This document shows positions 14,129 through 24,802 of a stretch of DNA of 64,000 nucleotides, piece by piece. Numbering within the stretch: the first letter of the stretch is position 1; each line of letters opens with the position of its first letter. Made by a program: the position numbers and the translations under genes. Source of the stretch: Oikopleura dioica (Eukaryota > Animalia > Chordata); contig OU015570.1 of the NCBI GenBank assembly GCA_907165135.1, forward strand, positions 1,695,929 to 1,759,928. The letters run 5' to 3'. The notes beneath the pieces are model-generated. The model worked only from the letters and a program-made list of their open reading frames with translations. It ran no database searches and was not told the origin of the DNA.

Positions 14129-14573
14129 TGTGCAATTCGCGCTGCGCACGGAATTCATAGTATTTCCTGCGCAAACAAACCCCTCCGCACGGACAGACTT
14201 CCCTGCGCACGGAGAGACTTCTCTGCGCGCGGACAAAACTATCTACGCCCGTAACAAAGAACGCTTGCTCCCTACGTAAAACCCCTTTCTCCCTGTGCAC
14301 AAACTTCTTTACGCACGTGATTATTCATTCTCCATACGGAACTCTCTTTCTTTCTCACGCAACTGTATCACTTCCGTGCGGACCAAGCTCTGTCCGTACG
14401 CATAGAAATAGTATATAAGTCGCTGCGCTCTGCACCTCCATCGTCACTTGAAATTACTCGCTCACTTGTAAAACTTGCTCTTTTTACAAAACAACGCTCA
14501 CTATTTTTATCCTGCTCGCGATAACAATAAACTACATATTCATATCCAACTTATGTGCATTGAGAAACACGTA
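14129..14573 (+). promoter_or_regulatory. Probable 5' LTR of the gypsy-like element that follows (left boundary approximate)
   Basis: TG...CA ends; TATATAA at 14412; AATAAA at 14526; internal CTGCGCACGGA repeats; PBS-like TGGTGACTGAAT at 14581. Confidence 0.6.
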
Positions 14574-14724
14574 CATATTTTGGTGACTGAATAAAACGGA
14601 ACGCCTCCCAAGAGATACAGTCAGAGACAGAGATCAAGTGCCGCTCGACGTTCCAAAAACTTGGTTTCTCAAGGACCAGACTCAAATAGGTTAAGGTTAC
14701 CCAGTAAGCTTATTTTTCGATATC

Positions 14725-15995
14725 ATGGGGGACGAGCTTTACTATAAAACGGTCGTTGACCTCACTGCCAAGGAACTTATGCTTGTTTATGACAAGAATC
14801 CAAATCGAAAATACCCTTTGGCAATTCCAAGATTTGACAAATCAGGATGTGTTCTGAACTTGCTCAATATTCAGCCAAACTTGTTCGATGATTTGGACAA
14901 AAGTATTTTTCGAAAGACAAACCAAGGCCTTGAGTTCGACCCCGCATTTGATGTTACTAACATCCAAGAAGCTGTCCAAAAGACTGCTCGAGCCGACCAT
15001 AAGATTGATGTCGATAAAATAAATGAGATCATTGTTATGGACAACCTTGCCACAATTCTTGACCGAATTGACGAGTCTGAAAAGCAAGAGGAGACCAAGT
15101 ACCGGCCACCACCCTCTGACTCTAAGCCATCTGGATCAACTCCACGAAATGGAAATGCTCAGCCCCGAGGAAGTGCTCAGCCGAAAAAGGAACCAACTAA
15201 CGATCGCTCAAATCGTTTGGACAAGTGAAGATGAAGACCCCGAAATTTGATGCTCAACTCCCAGTTGAAAATTTTATTTCGAACCTGGAACTCTACGGAA
15301 ATTGCTCGAAGATTTGCGACGAAGATCTTATCAGTGTTGCTCTGTCCCAAATCCTGATGGAGGAAAGTGGAACTTCTCTCGTCGAAGCAATCACTGAAGA
15401 AGAAAAACAAAACTGGAACAGCTTCAAGGGTAAGCTTGTTCAAGTTCTGGGTAAAGACAAAGAGCACTACAAGCACATGTATACATCGTTCCAACGAGGT
15501 CAGGAGACACAGCAAATGGCAGTCACAAAACTTCAAGCCTTCTTCAAGAAAGGATACGGAAAGCTCAATCTTGATGCTGCAGATGAATCAATTATCTGTG
15601 ACCGATTTATCGAATGCCAAGAGCCAAGACTCGCTGAACTGCTCAGACGTGAAAAATCCTTGCTGACACTCCGAAATATCGCTCAACGTGCCATGGAACT
15701 GGAGAGAAGCTTCTTCAAACGAGAAAATATCTTCGTCGCGGAAAGCTCTTCAAATGCGAAGGAATCTGAAATGGCCCAAATCTGCTCTCAACTGAAGGAA
15801 ATTATATTTGCTGCGAAGGAGCCAGCAAAGGAAAAGAAGAAAAAGGGAAGATCGAGAATCCCCATCAACAAGCTCCAAGGACACTGCATTTCATACGTCC
15901 GAAATAACCGATGCCGATTTGGCGAAAAGTGCAAATACCTTCATGCGGAAGACGTACCAAAGGAAATTGAGGAAATAATCAAAAAGGAGGCATGA
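14725..15995 (+). pseudogene. gag: Gag of an LTR retrotransposon (one frame change near 15225) with a C-terminal CCCH zinc finger
   Basis: ORFs 14725-15228 and 15225-15995 lie between the PBS and the protease; KTPKF..VENFISNLELY is capsid-like; motif C-ISYVRNNR-C-RFGEK-C-KYL-H. Confidence 0.8.
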
Positions 15996-16583
15996 CTATC
16001 AAGAGTCATTGAAACGTGTGAATATGCTCATTTTGCACCGGCCTCGCTCAAATTTGTTAAGATTATGCTCAACGGACTAAAATTTCCCTGCCTTATCGAT
16101 AGTGGCGCAAGTAGAACATGTTTCCGCTCAGATGTTCTAGATCTATTACCGTCAACTATCAACAAACAAATTCCATCTACAATCATGCTCAAGTGTGCGA
16201 ACTCAGAAGTCGTCAATGTTAAAACGCTCAGCTCCCCAATTGACGTCAAATTCGAAACAAGCTCTTCGCCACTAAGATTGAAGTTAGATCCGCTCATCGT
16301 TCAAAATTTATCGTGCCCGATCATTTTGGGAATGGATGCTCTCAAGGGGATAACGATCGGAGAAAAATCAGTCACTTTATTTAATAAGAAAATTCCAACA
16401 ATAGATCCGAACTCAACTGATTTGTTCTTAACTGGCCTTATTGAAATCGACAAGAATTCTGGTCGTGAGAAAGAAGATTACGAAGCTTTCTTGAAGAGGC
16501 GATCAGAACAAGCCCAGAAAATCAATTTTGTTCCAGCTATTGGTTCTTATGGTGCAACTGACTTTGACTGTTTCCGATTTTGA
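15996..16583 (+). pseudogene. pol: Retroviral-type aspartic protease (5' part of pol), truncated before RT
   Basis: LIDSGAS...CPIILG; in frame with gag after a single TGA; no RT sequence follows. Confidence 0.85.
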
Positions 16584-17641
16584 GCGTGAAAAATAGAGCG
16601 CAACGGGATAAGTTATCGATAATAAAGGCGTTATTCAAAATTCTAAATCCTAGGATGGAAAGATCAAACACTCTTCTACAAACTGATCTTTTGTTCAAAA
16701 AATAGTTGGAATAGTTCAGAAGTTCTATGCGGTTAACGAAACCCCGAGCTTTTCAACTGCTTCTGTGATCACGAAATTGCTGATTTTTGGTCGGCTAATA
16801 GAGAGAGCTTCAAAGATCATGTAGGAATAATCTTCCAAACTCTAGATTTGAGTTCAATTTGAAAAATATCGCCAGAGCGGCCGTGAGGCGAGCGCAAGGC
16901 CCCGCGCCGATTTTCTGCATTACCCTTAAGGGAACGTCGACGATAATCAGGCATTTCTCAACCAAAATTTTTTTATACGATAAATAATCGAAGAATTCTA
17001 ATATTTCAGGTATCAAGAAATGCCTTTGAAGAATACATGAGCGTGAAGAAAAAAATTTTTTGAAAAAATGTAATCAAAAAATAAAAAAGTCGAAAAGATT
17101 TCTCCTATTGATCTCATCTGTAAATAAATTTATATCTCAAAATGAGCCTGAACGGCCCATTAAGTAAAAGCCGATTTTTGTGCGACCACCCTAATCATAT
17201 GACAAAAATCAATTTTTCACCGTTCACTCCCTATATATATGGTGTAACGGTCCTTTTGGCGATGGCGTAACGTTCCGATATGGCCTATTGGTCCGAGTTT
17301 TTAATAAAAATTCCCGAGAACGCAAAAAATAATCTATGCATAATTTAAATTTTATCCCGTCCCTCCTCTGGTTCCCCTCTTTCCAAAAATTTTCATTTTT
17401 TTTCGTGAAGTACAATTTTTCAAAAGCGCTCGACACAGGATGACGTGGACATGTACACAGGTCCTGTGTCCGTTTGGAACCAAAAAAATCTTGATTTTAC
17501 GAATGCACTCAGACAGTTTTAATAAGTTACAGGAGAGTAGGGATAAATATTTCGGTATAGAAAGAAGAGACTTTTTATTTCTCACTAAAACCTAACCCGA
17601 ACCCGGAGGCTTACCGAAATATTTTTCCATACTACGAGTTA

Positions 17642-18478
17642 CAGTGGTTTTCCATTTTAAGAGCGTTTTTCAGATGACAAGAGTCGATCAAAACGCTCTG
17701 AAATTGGGCGAAAACCATTGTATTCAAAAAATCCTTTTCTAGAACACTTTTATAAGCTAAGTTTTATGTCTTGCTAAAAATACCGTGGTTTCCATCTTAA
17801 GAGCGCCCGACTTAAGAGCGTTTTTGCGTATATTGTAAAATGTTGTCATCTGCAAAAATTCCAACTTAAGAGCGTTGTTAAGATTTTTATTTACAGTGAT
17901 AACCCATTTTAAGGCCGACCCTTTTAAGGCCACTTTTCCGAAAAATCTCAAAAATCTGTCATCCTTAAAAAATCCACTTTAAGGCCACTTTTTTCAATTT
18001 CTATTCAAAACCCGAAAGTTGCAGTGTCACTTGAAAAAGCTTTTTATCTTCGACTGCCCGATGCCTCCTGTTTTTATATTTATTCTTATTTTTTGGTACT
18101 CTTCGATGATTTTTTCTCGAATTATACAATTAGCGATGATTTCTTACGGTCCTGTCTGAATTTTTACTTAGATTTGACTCCAAGTAATTAAATTTATCAT
18201 TATATTGGCGTCAAAAAATACGCAGAGAAATGTCTTAACCATTTTTCTTTCGAAAAAGCTCATTAATTATCTTCTTCACGTAACTTTTCTTTGACGTCTT
18301 CACTAGAATCTCTTCATATCTTTTTTTCTTATGATTCGTCATGTTACATGACTCATGAGTCATGAGTCATGTTGTTCCTTTTTTCAGACATGTTTTTCGA
18401 ATATAATTTTTAAAATAATGAAAGAAAGAATCACCTTGAGTTCAATTCAAAAATCGGCCTTAAAATGGGTTTTTACTG
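17642..18478. mobile_element. Non-autonomous Tc1/pogo-type element, same family as 52274-53039, with a second left end at 17783
   Basis: TA-CAGTGGTTTTCCATTTTAAGAGCG at 17640, TA-CCGTGGTTTCCATCTTAAGAGCG at 17781 and a degenerate right end ...AAAATGGGTTTTTACTG-TA. Confidence 0.6.
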
Positions 18479-18834
18479 TATGTAAAGAGGTATTATCATA
18501 TATCAAAATGATCCCCAGAACACGAGGAATCTAATCATAGGCGATAATGACCGGTGCAAAAGTTTTGAAAAATCGGGGGGGGTGATCCCTTATGACAGTA
18601 GCGCATGGCGCTAGAGTTCATTGGTGCTGGCGGAGCTTCGGCGATAATGCACGCTTATGCAGATTGTTCGCCGTCAAACCGAAGCACCTGTCGCAGTCAT
18701 CAGAATCGTTGCGGGACACGTCCTTTTGCTGGGAATTGCCTATCCATCTGTCGAAGCAAAAAGTCCTCGACTTCTTATGATAGCTCAAAAAGTATGAAAA
18801 AAGGGGGTGTTAAACTATGATATTATTTAAATTT

Positions 18835-19021
18835 TATCGATTCCTGCTTCCACTGCAAATATTGAACGGGTTTTCGGTAGAGTTAGCAAATATCTTCACG
18901 ATCCGAAAAGAAGTCGAATCGAGGCGAACACGGTGCTGTTACTCAAACAATTTTCAATGACGCAAAGATTCGAAGAAGAACTTACGAAATATTGCAAGGA
19001 AAACAATATTCCTCTTGAATA
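18835..19021 (+). pseudogene. hAT transposase C-terminal dimerisation domain remnant
   Basis: Manual translation LSIPASTANIERVFGRVSKYLHDPKRSRIEAN matches the hAT S-x-P-A-S...ERxFS motif; not in the ORF track. Confidence 0.75.
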
Positions 19022-19757
19022 ATCTTTCTATAATGTTTCAAACTATTTTTTCATCAATAAATTTTTTCAATGAAGAAGAAAAAAACATAAAAACAGGAAA
19101 ACAACCATTTTTACAAAAATTTGAAACACTGGGCGTAATGAATATTTAAATTTGGTAAAAAATATTTTTTAGTTTGCGTCATTCTCGAATTATCTTTTGA
19201 ACCCGATGCTGTATACTATACAGTGTATAGTCTATACAGTATAGTCTATACTGTATAGAGGATGCTCAGTGTAAAATTATTCGATAACTTTTCGCGTTTC
19301 TTTTTCTCCCCATTCATTTTTTCTATCACCACCATTTTGATCCCGATCAATCGTCGCATTAACTTCTTTTTCGGGAAACCCTTGGGTGCTTTATTTCTCG
19401 GATATTGCAAAATTATCAGATTTTTGATGAGCATTTGATGAGTTCTTGTAAGCACTACGTCTAAACTCGCCAAGGATCAACCAAAGCTTTATATTATAAA
19501 ATAGGTGGTGGTCTAAACTTTGAAGTTCATATGTGCGATAACAACTTCGGGTGGCCTAAACTTTGATCGTTCTCATGTGTGATTCTTTGAGAAAGTGGCC
19601 TAAACTTTGAATTTCCCCGGAGGCGCTTCTGCCATCGGTGACTAGAGCACTGCCCTACGCTTTATGCAGACCAATTAGGATTACGCTGCATTCAAGGTGA
19701 TGACACACATGGAACTAGTCAGAGTGCCTCAGGGGAAATTCAAAGTGATTAACCGTG

Positions 19758-19900
19758 ATTATCATTTCTGAGTGACTATTCTTGTCCGCCTACGCTCGTC
19801 ATTTTAACATTTTCGCATAGGAAAAATGTTATAACGAAAAATTGTCAATGTTAATTGACGGAGCGTAGGCGGACACAGTAGTCATCTAGAAATGATAATC
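19758..19900. repeat. Short fold-back element (MITE-like)
   Basis: GATTATCATTTCT..GACTA..TGTCCGCCTACGCTC.GTCA..TTAACATT is mirrored at the right end. Confidence 0.7.
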
Positions 19901-21339
19901 GCGGTATATTTGTATTTATATTGTATTTGTATATATTTGAAGGCGAGCAATCATCTAGAAAATAAATTGGGACCGCCCGCTTTTAAAAACTACGTATCGC
20001 AAGCGTGCCGCAGCAGTAGACAGCATTACTACTTATGGGAAAAACAAAGAGCTCAATTAAATAATTAAATTGCAAAATTATCGAAACCCTGCCGAATAAA
20101 GCTCGTATTTAAAAATTCATTGGAGACAATTATCTTTAATTCACGCTCGTTCAATTTAAGAAAAAATTCTAGAATGAACTAAGCCGAGCAAGCGCCGCCT
20201 GTTTTTATTTTTTCAACTTCTCAGAAATCGACGTTCGTTCATCATAAATTTCAAAAAAGGGCTAGATACAAAAGCTAATAGCTTTTCTCTTTCAATAACA
20301 ATTATTTCATAAAAATAAATAATTTAAAAGAAAAAATAGGAATAAGGGTGAGGTAGGGTTCGCAATGAAAAAATTTTTGGTCCAAAAAAAATTGTTTAGA
20401 TATTAATAGATCAAAATTAACAATTGTAATTTGACCTCAATAAGTCCAGAAAGTAAAAAAAAATCGGATTAATTATCCGATAAATGATTTTGTTAAAATT
20501 TTTTCGGAAAAATGAGGTTTTCTCGCCATGAGGGGGCAGGGCAACTTTGCGTCGCTGATATAATATAGTCTATATTATATAGATAAGGAATTCTCAAAAC
20601 ATATTTAAGTAAGTTTGTGTCATTAGAAAGAAACGCGTGGGCGCATTTCACATTTAAAGTTTATATTAACCAAAATTTTAAGATGACCTTATAAAATGCT
20701 GACTAATAATCAAATAAACCTTATTAGTTTATTTTTGTACATTTAAAGAAAGCGATTGAAATTAAAGAATGAAGAAAAAAGAAGTGAATTATCGATTACT
20801 AAAATCTAATATCCCGCTATGCCTATTTTTAAGATAAACTTATATAAAAAAGAGATCTCATATATTATCAGTGATCCCATAATTATTCCTATTGTTGGAT
20901 GGTTAATCGGTAAGCCCTGTTTCATCTGGGGAGACATAAAAAAAATCTGATTTCAGATTTGAAACCCCACCATTTTTTCATTGCGAACCCTAGCTGAGCT
21001 TGAGAACAGATTCGGAAAGAAGCGAGTACATCATTAGAAAAGTGGATCAGTCCGGTAGAGCCATTGGAACCGTGAAAATCGAAAAAGATGCAAAGTTTTC
21101 GCCTTTTTCAAAAATGAAGAAGCAGCTGGAATTTGTAGAAGTTCGACAATACATTCCCCCAGTAAAGTCTCGCGACTCTCACAAACTCGCGGAAATTGTT
21201 GCCTTTTCGATCGAGCACAGGTTTTCTGAGCCATCAACGCAGAACGATCCTGTTTCCATAGGTGCACGTTGGCGAATGGAATGCTTGACACCTGGCAGTA
21301 CTTCAAAATCACAGGTACATGAAAAAGCTTTTTTGTGAT

Positions 21340-22046
21340 ATGATAAACGAAAGATAAGCCTTGTGATCAAGTTGTGAATCTTTGGCTGAAGAACAAGATA
21401 AAGACTGCTGTTGCTTTGTATGGAGCTCGACTTGGGCCTTTTCGAGGAGCGTGTCCGACTCGATCATGGGTTATCAAAAAGGTTTAAAAAAGATTTTACA
21501 GAACAATATTAAATTAAAATTAAGGCCTTCCAATTGATGCTTGAGATTCCGAAAGAAACGATCGACGCGTCTTGGAGAAAAGTGAATCTTGAGCATCCAA
21601 TGATCCATGAAGACTTTATCTTTGAAGTCGATGATGAAGAAGAAGAAATCGAAGTTGGTGCTCAAAATGGACAAGTTGGGGATGGTGCTCAGATGGAGGA
21701 AGAAGCCGAAGTTGGTGCTCAAAATGGAGAAGTTGGGTATGGTGCTCAGATGGAGGAGGTAGCGGATGAAGGATATCAAAATGGACAAGGCGGAGAAGTT
21801 GGTCAGATGATAGACGAAATGGTAGCTGAGATTGATTGGGAAATGGTTGGAGCAGAGAATGAAGCTTACGGTGGTGCTCAAATTGAAGAAATCGATGATG
21901 AAATGGAAGAAAATGGAGGAGAAATGGATATTGGTAGGGTAAACGCACAAAAAATCAGCTTTTTTTCTAGGGGTCGTAGAAACTTTATTTTTGGTGACGT
22001 GATTGCCCAACATGAAAAACTAAAATTTCCGAAAAAAAATTTTTAA
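21340..22046 (+). pseudogene. C-terminal remnant of a pogo/Tigger (DDE_1) transposase with a 44-nt intron and an acidic repeat tail
   Basis: KPCDQVVNLWLKNKIK resembles the QPLD motif. A GT-AG intron at ~21482-21525 joins WVIKK to AFQLMLEIPKETIDASWRKVNL. EVGAQNGxVGxGAQMEE is duplicated. Confidence 0.6.
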
Positions 22047-22427
22047 AAAAACCACCTGACATCATTCTAGCGCCCTCTAAAGGGCTCCAAAAATCTATTT
22101 TTCGAGTGGATTGAGTTACAAAGCCGTGGAAGGTCTCATTCGACGCGCCTTGAGATTCTGATCATTTTGAGACAAAAAAATTTAGTGACAATACTTCTGA
22201 TCGATCAGGAATCAGCTGGAGGACCTCTAGCTCCTTGCTGGAAGACCAGAAATTTACTGGAAGAATGAAGATTTTTAAATTGAAGTAAATTAAATCCTTA
22301 ATTTTTTATAAAATTAAGAGATAAATATCATGTGATCACACGGAGGACTCTTGGAGGACTTTGTCGGGTTGAAAACATCAAGTTGGTGGAAGACATCAAA
22401 ATTCAAAATTTTTATTATTTTGTTTAT

Positions 22428-24802
22428 TTTTAATTAAAAATGGGCTTGACGGCCCGAAGGGCCGTCTCAGCCCCGTCCCTGGCTTTTTATTAAAAATGGG
22501 CTTGACGGCCCGAAGGGCCGTCTCAGCCCCGTCCCTGGCTTTTAATTAAAAATGGGCTTGACGGCCCGAAGGGCCGTCTCAGCCCCGTCCCTGGCTTTTA
22601 ATTAAAAATGGGCTTGACGGCCCGAAGGGCCGTCTCAGCCGTCCTGGCTTTTAATTAAAAATGGGCTTGACGGCCCGAAGGGCCGTCTCAGCCCGTCCTG
22701 GCTTTTAATTAAAAATGGGCTTGACGGCCCGAAGGGCCGTCTCAGCCGTCCTGGCTTTTAATTAAAAATGGGCTTGACGGCCCGAAGGGCCGTCTCAGCC
22801 GTCCTGGCTTTTAATTAAAAATGGGCTTGACGGCCCGAAGGGCCGTCTCAGCCGTCCCTGGCTTTTAATTAAAAATGGGCTTGACGGCCCGAAGGGCCGT
22901 CTCAGCCCCGTCCTGGCTTTTAATTAAAAATGGGCTTGACGGCCCGAAGGGCCGTCTCAGCCCCGTCCTGGCTTTTAATTAAAAATGGGCTTGACGGCCC
23001 GAAGGGCCGTCTCAGCCGTCCTGGCTTTTAATTAAAAATGGGCTTGACGGCCCGAAGGGCCGTCTCAGCCCCGTCCTGGCTTTTAATTAAAAATGGGCTT
23101 GACGGCCCGAAGGGCCGTCTCAGCCCCGTCCTGGCTTTTAATTAAAAATGGGCTTGACGGCCCGAAGGGCCGTCTCAGCCCCGTCCCTGGCTTTTAATTA
23201 AAAATGGGCTTGACGGCCCGAAGGGCCGTCTCAGCCCCGTCCTGGCTTTTAATTAAAAATGGGCTTGACGGCCCGAAGGGCCGTCTCAGCCGTCCTGGCT
23301 TTTAATTAAAAATGGGCTTGACGGCCCGAAGGGCCGTCTCAGCCGTCCTGGCTTTTAATTAAAAATGGGCTTGACGGCCCGAAGGGCCGTCTCAGCCGTC
23401 CCTGGCTTTTAATTAAAAATGGGCTTGACGGCCCGAAGGGCCGTCTCAGCCGTCCTGGCTTTTAATTAAAAATGGGCTTGACGGCCCGAAGGGCCGTCTC
23501 AGCCGTCCCTGGCTTTTAATTAAAAATGGGCTTGACGGCCCGAAGGGCCGTCTCAGCCGTCCCTGGCTTTTAATTAAAAATGGGCTTGACGCCCCGAAGG
23601 GCCGTCTCAGCCCCGTCCCTGGCTTTTAATTAAAAATGGGCTTGACGGCCCGAAGGGCCGTCTCAGCCCCGTCCCTGGCTTTTAATTAAAAATGGGCTTG
23701 ACGGCCCGAAGGGCCGTCTCAGCCCCGTCCTGGCTTTTAATTAAAAATGGGCTTGACGGCCCGAAGGGCCGTCTCAGCCGTCCCTGGCTTTTAATTAAAA
23801 ATGGGCTTGACGGCCCGAAGGGCCGTCTCAGCCCCGTCCCTGGCTTTTAATTAAAAATGGGCTTGACGGCCCGAAGGGCCGTCTCAGCCGTCCCTGGCTT
23901 TTAATTAAAAATGGGCTTGACGGCCCGAAGGGCCGTCTCAGCCGTCCCTGGCTTTTAATTAAAAATGGGCTTGACGGCCCGAAGGGCCGTCTCAGCCCCG
24001 TCCCTGGCTTTTAATTAAAAATGGGCTTGACGGCCCGAAGGGCCGTCTCAGCCGTCCCTGGCTTTTAATTAAAAATGGGCTTGACGGCCCGAAGGGCCGT
24101 CTCAGCCCCGTCCCTGGCTTTTAATTAAAAATGGGCTTGACGGCCCGAAGGGCCGTCTCAGCCGTCCTGGCTTTTAATTAAAAATGGGCTTGACGGCCCG
24201 AAGGGCCGTCTCAGCCGTCCCTGGCTTTTAATTAAAAATGGGCTTGACGGCCCGAAGGGCCGTCTCAGCCCCGTCCCTGGCTTTTAATTAAAAATGGGCT
24301 TGACGGCCCGAAGGGCCGTCTCAGCCGTCCCTGGCTTTTAATTAAAAATGGGCTTGACGGCCCGAAGGGCCGTCTCAGCCCCGTCCCTGGCTTTTAATTA
24401 AAAATGGGCTTGACGGCCCGAAGGGCCGTCTCAGCCCCGTCCCTGGCTTTTAATTAAAAATGGGCTTGACGGCCCGAAGGGCCGTCTCAGCCGTCCCTGG
24501 CTTTTAATTAAAAATGGGCTTGACGGCCCGAAGGGCCGTCTCAGCCCCGTCCCTGGCTTTTAATTAAAAATGGGCTTGACGGCCCGAAGGGCCGTCTCAG
24601 CCGTCCCTGGCTTTTAATTAAAAATGGGCTTGACGGCCCGAAGGGCCGTCTCAGCCCCGTCCCTGGCTTTTAATTAAAAATGGGCTTGACGGCCCGAAGG
24701 GCCGTCTCAGCCCCGTCCCTGGCTTTTAATTAAAAATGGGCTTGACGGCCCGAAGGGCCGTCTCAGCCCCGTCCCTGGCTTTTAATTAAAAATGGGCTTG
24801 AC
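22428..24802. repeat. Tandem satellite, 53-56 bp unit (GGCTTTTAATTAAAAATGGGCTTGACGGCCCGAAGGGCCGTCTCAGCCCCGTCCCT), about 43 copies
   Basis: Period 56 (22441 to 22497); each unit contains the perfect hairpin GACGGCCC-GAA-GGGCCGTC. Confidence 0.98.

Noticed and set aside
19625-19740. Possible structured ncRNA (TGACTAG/CTAGTCA stem, GTGATGA box)
   Set aside because: There is no complete tRNA, snoRNA or ribozyme signature.
23700-24700. Higher-order dimer structure in the 56-bp satellite
   Set aside because: Long and short variants do not alternate strictly and differ only in C-run length, which is typical of long-read error.
22428-24802. CRISPR-like array (short repeats with a hairpin)
   Set aside because: Units are contiguous with no unique spacers, there are no cas genes and the context is eukaryotic.
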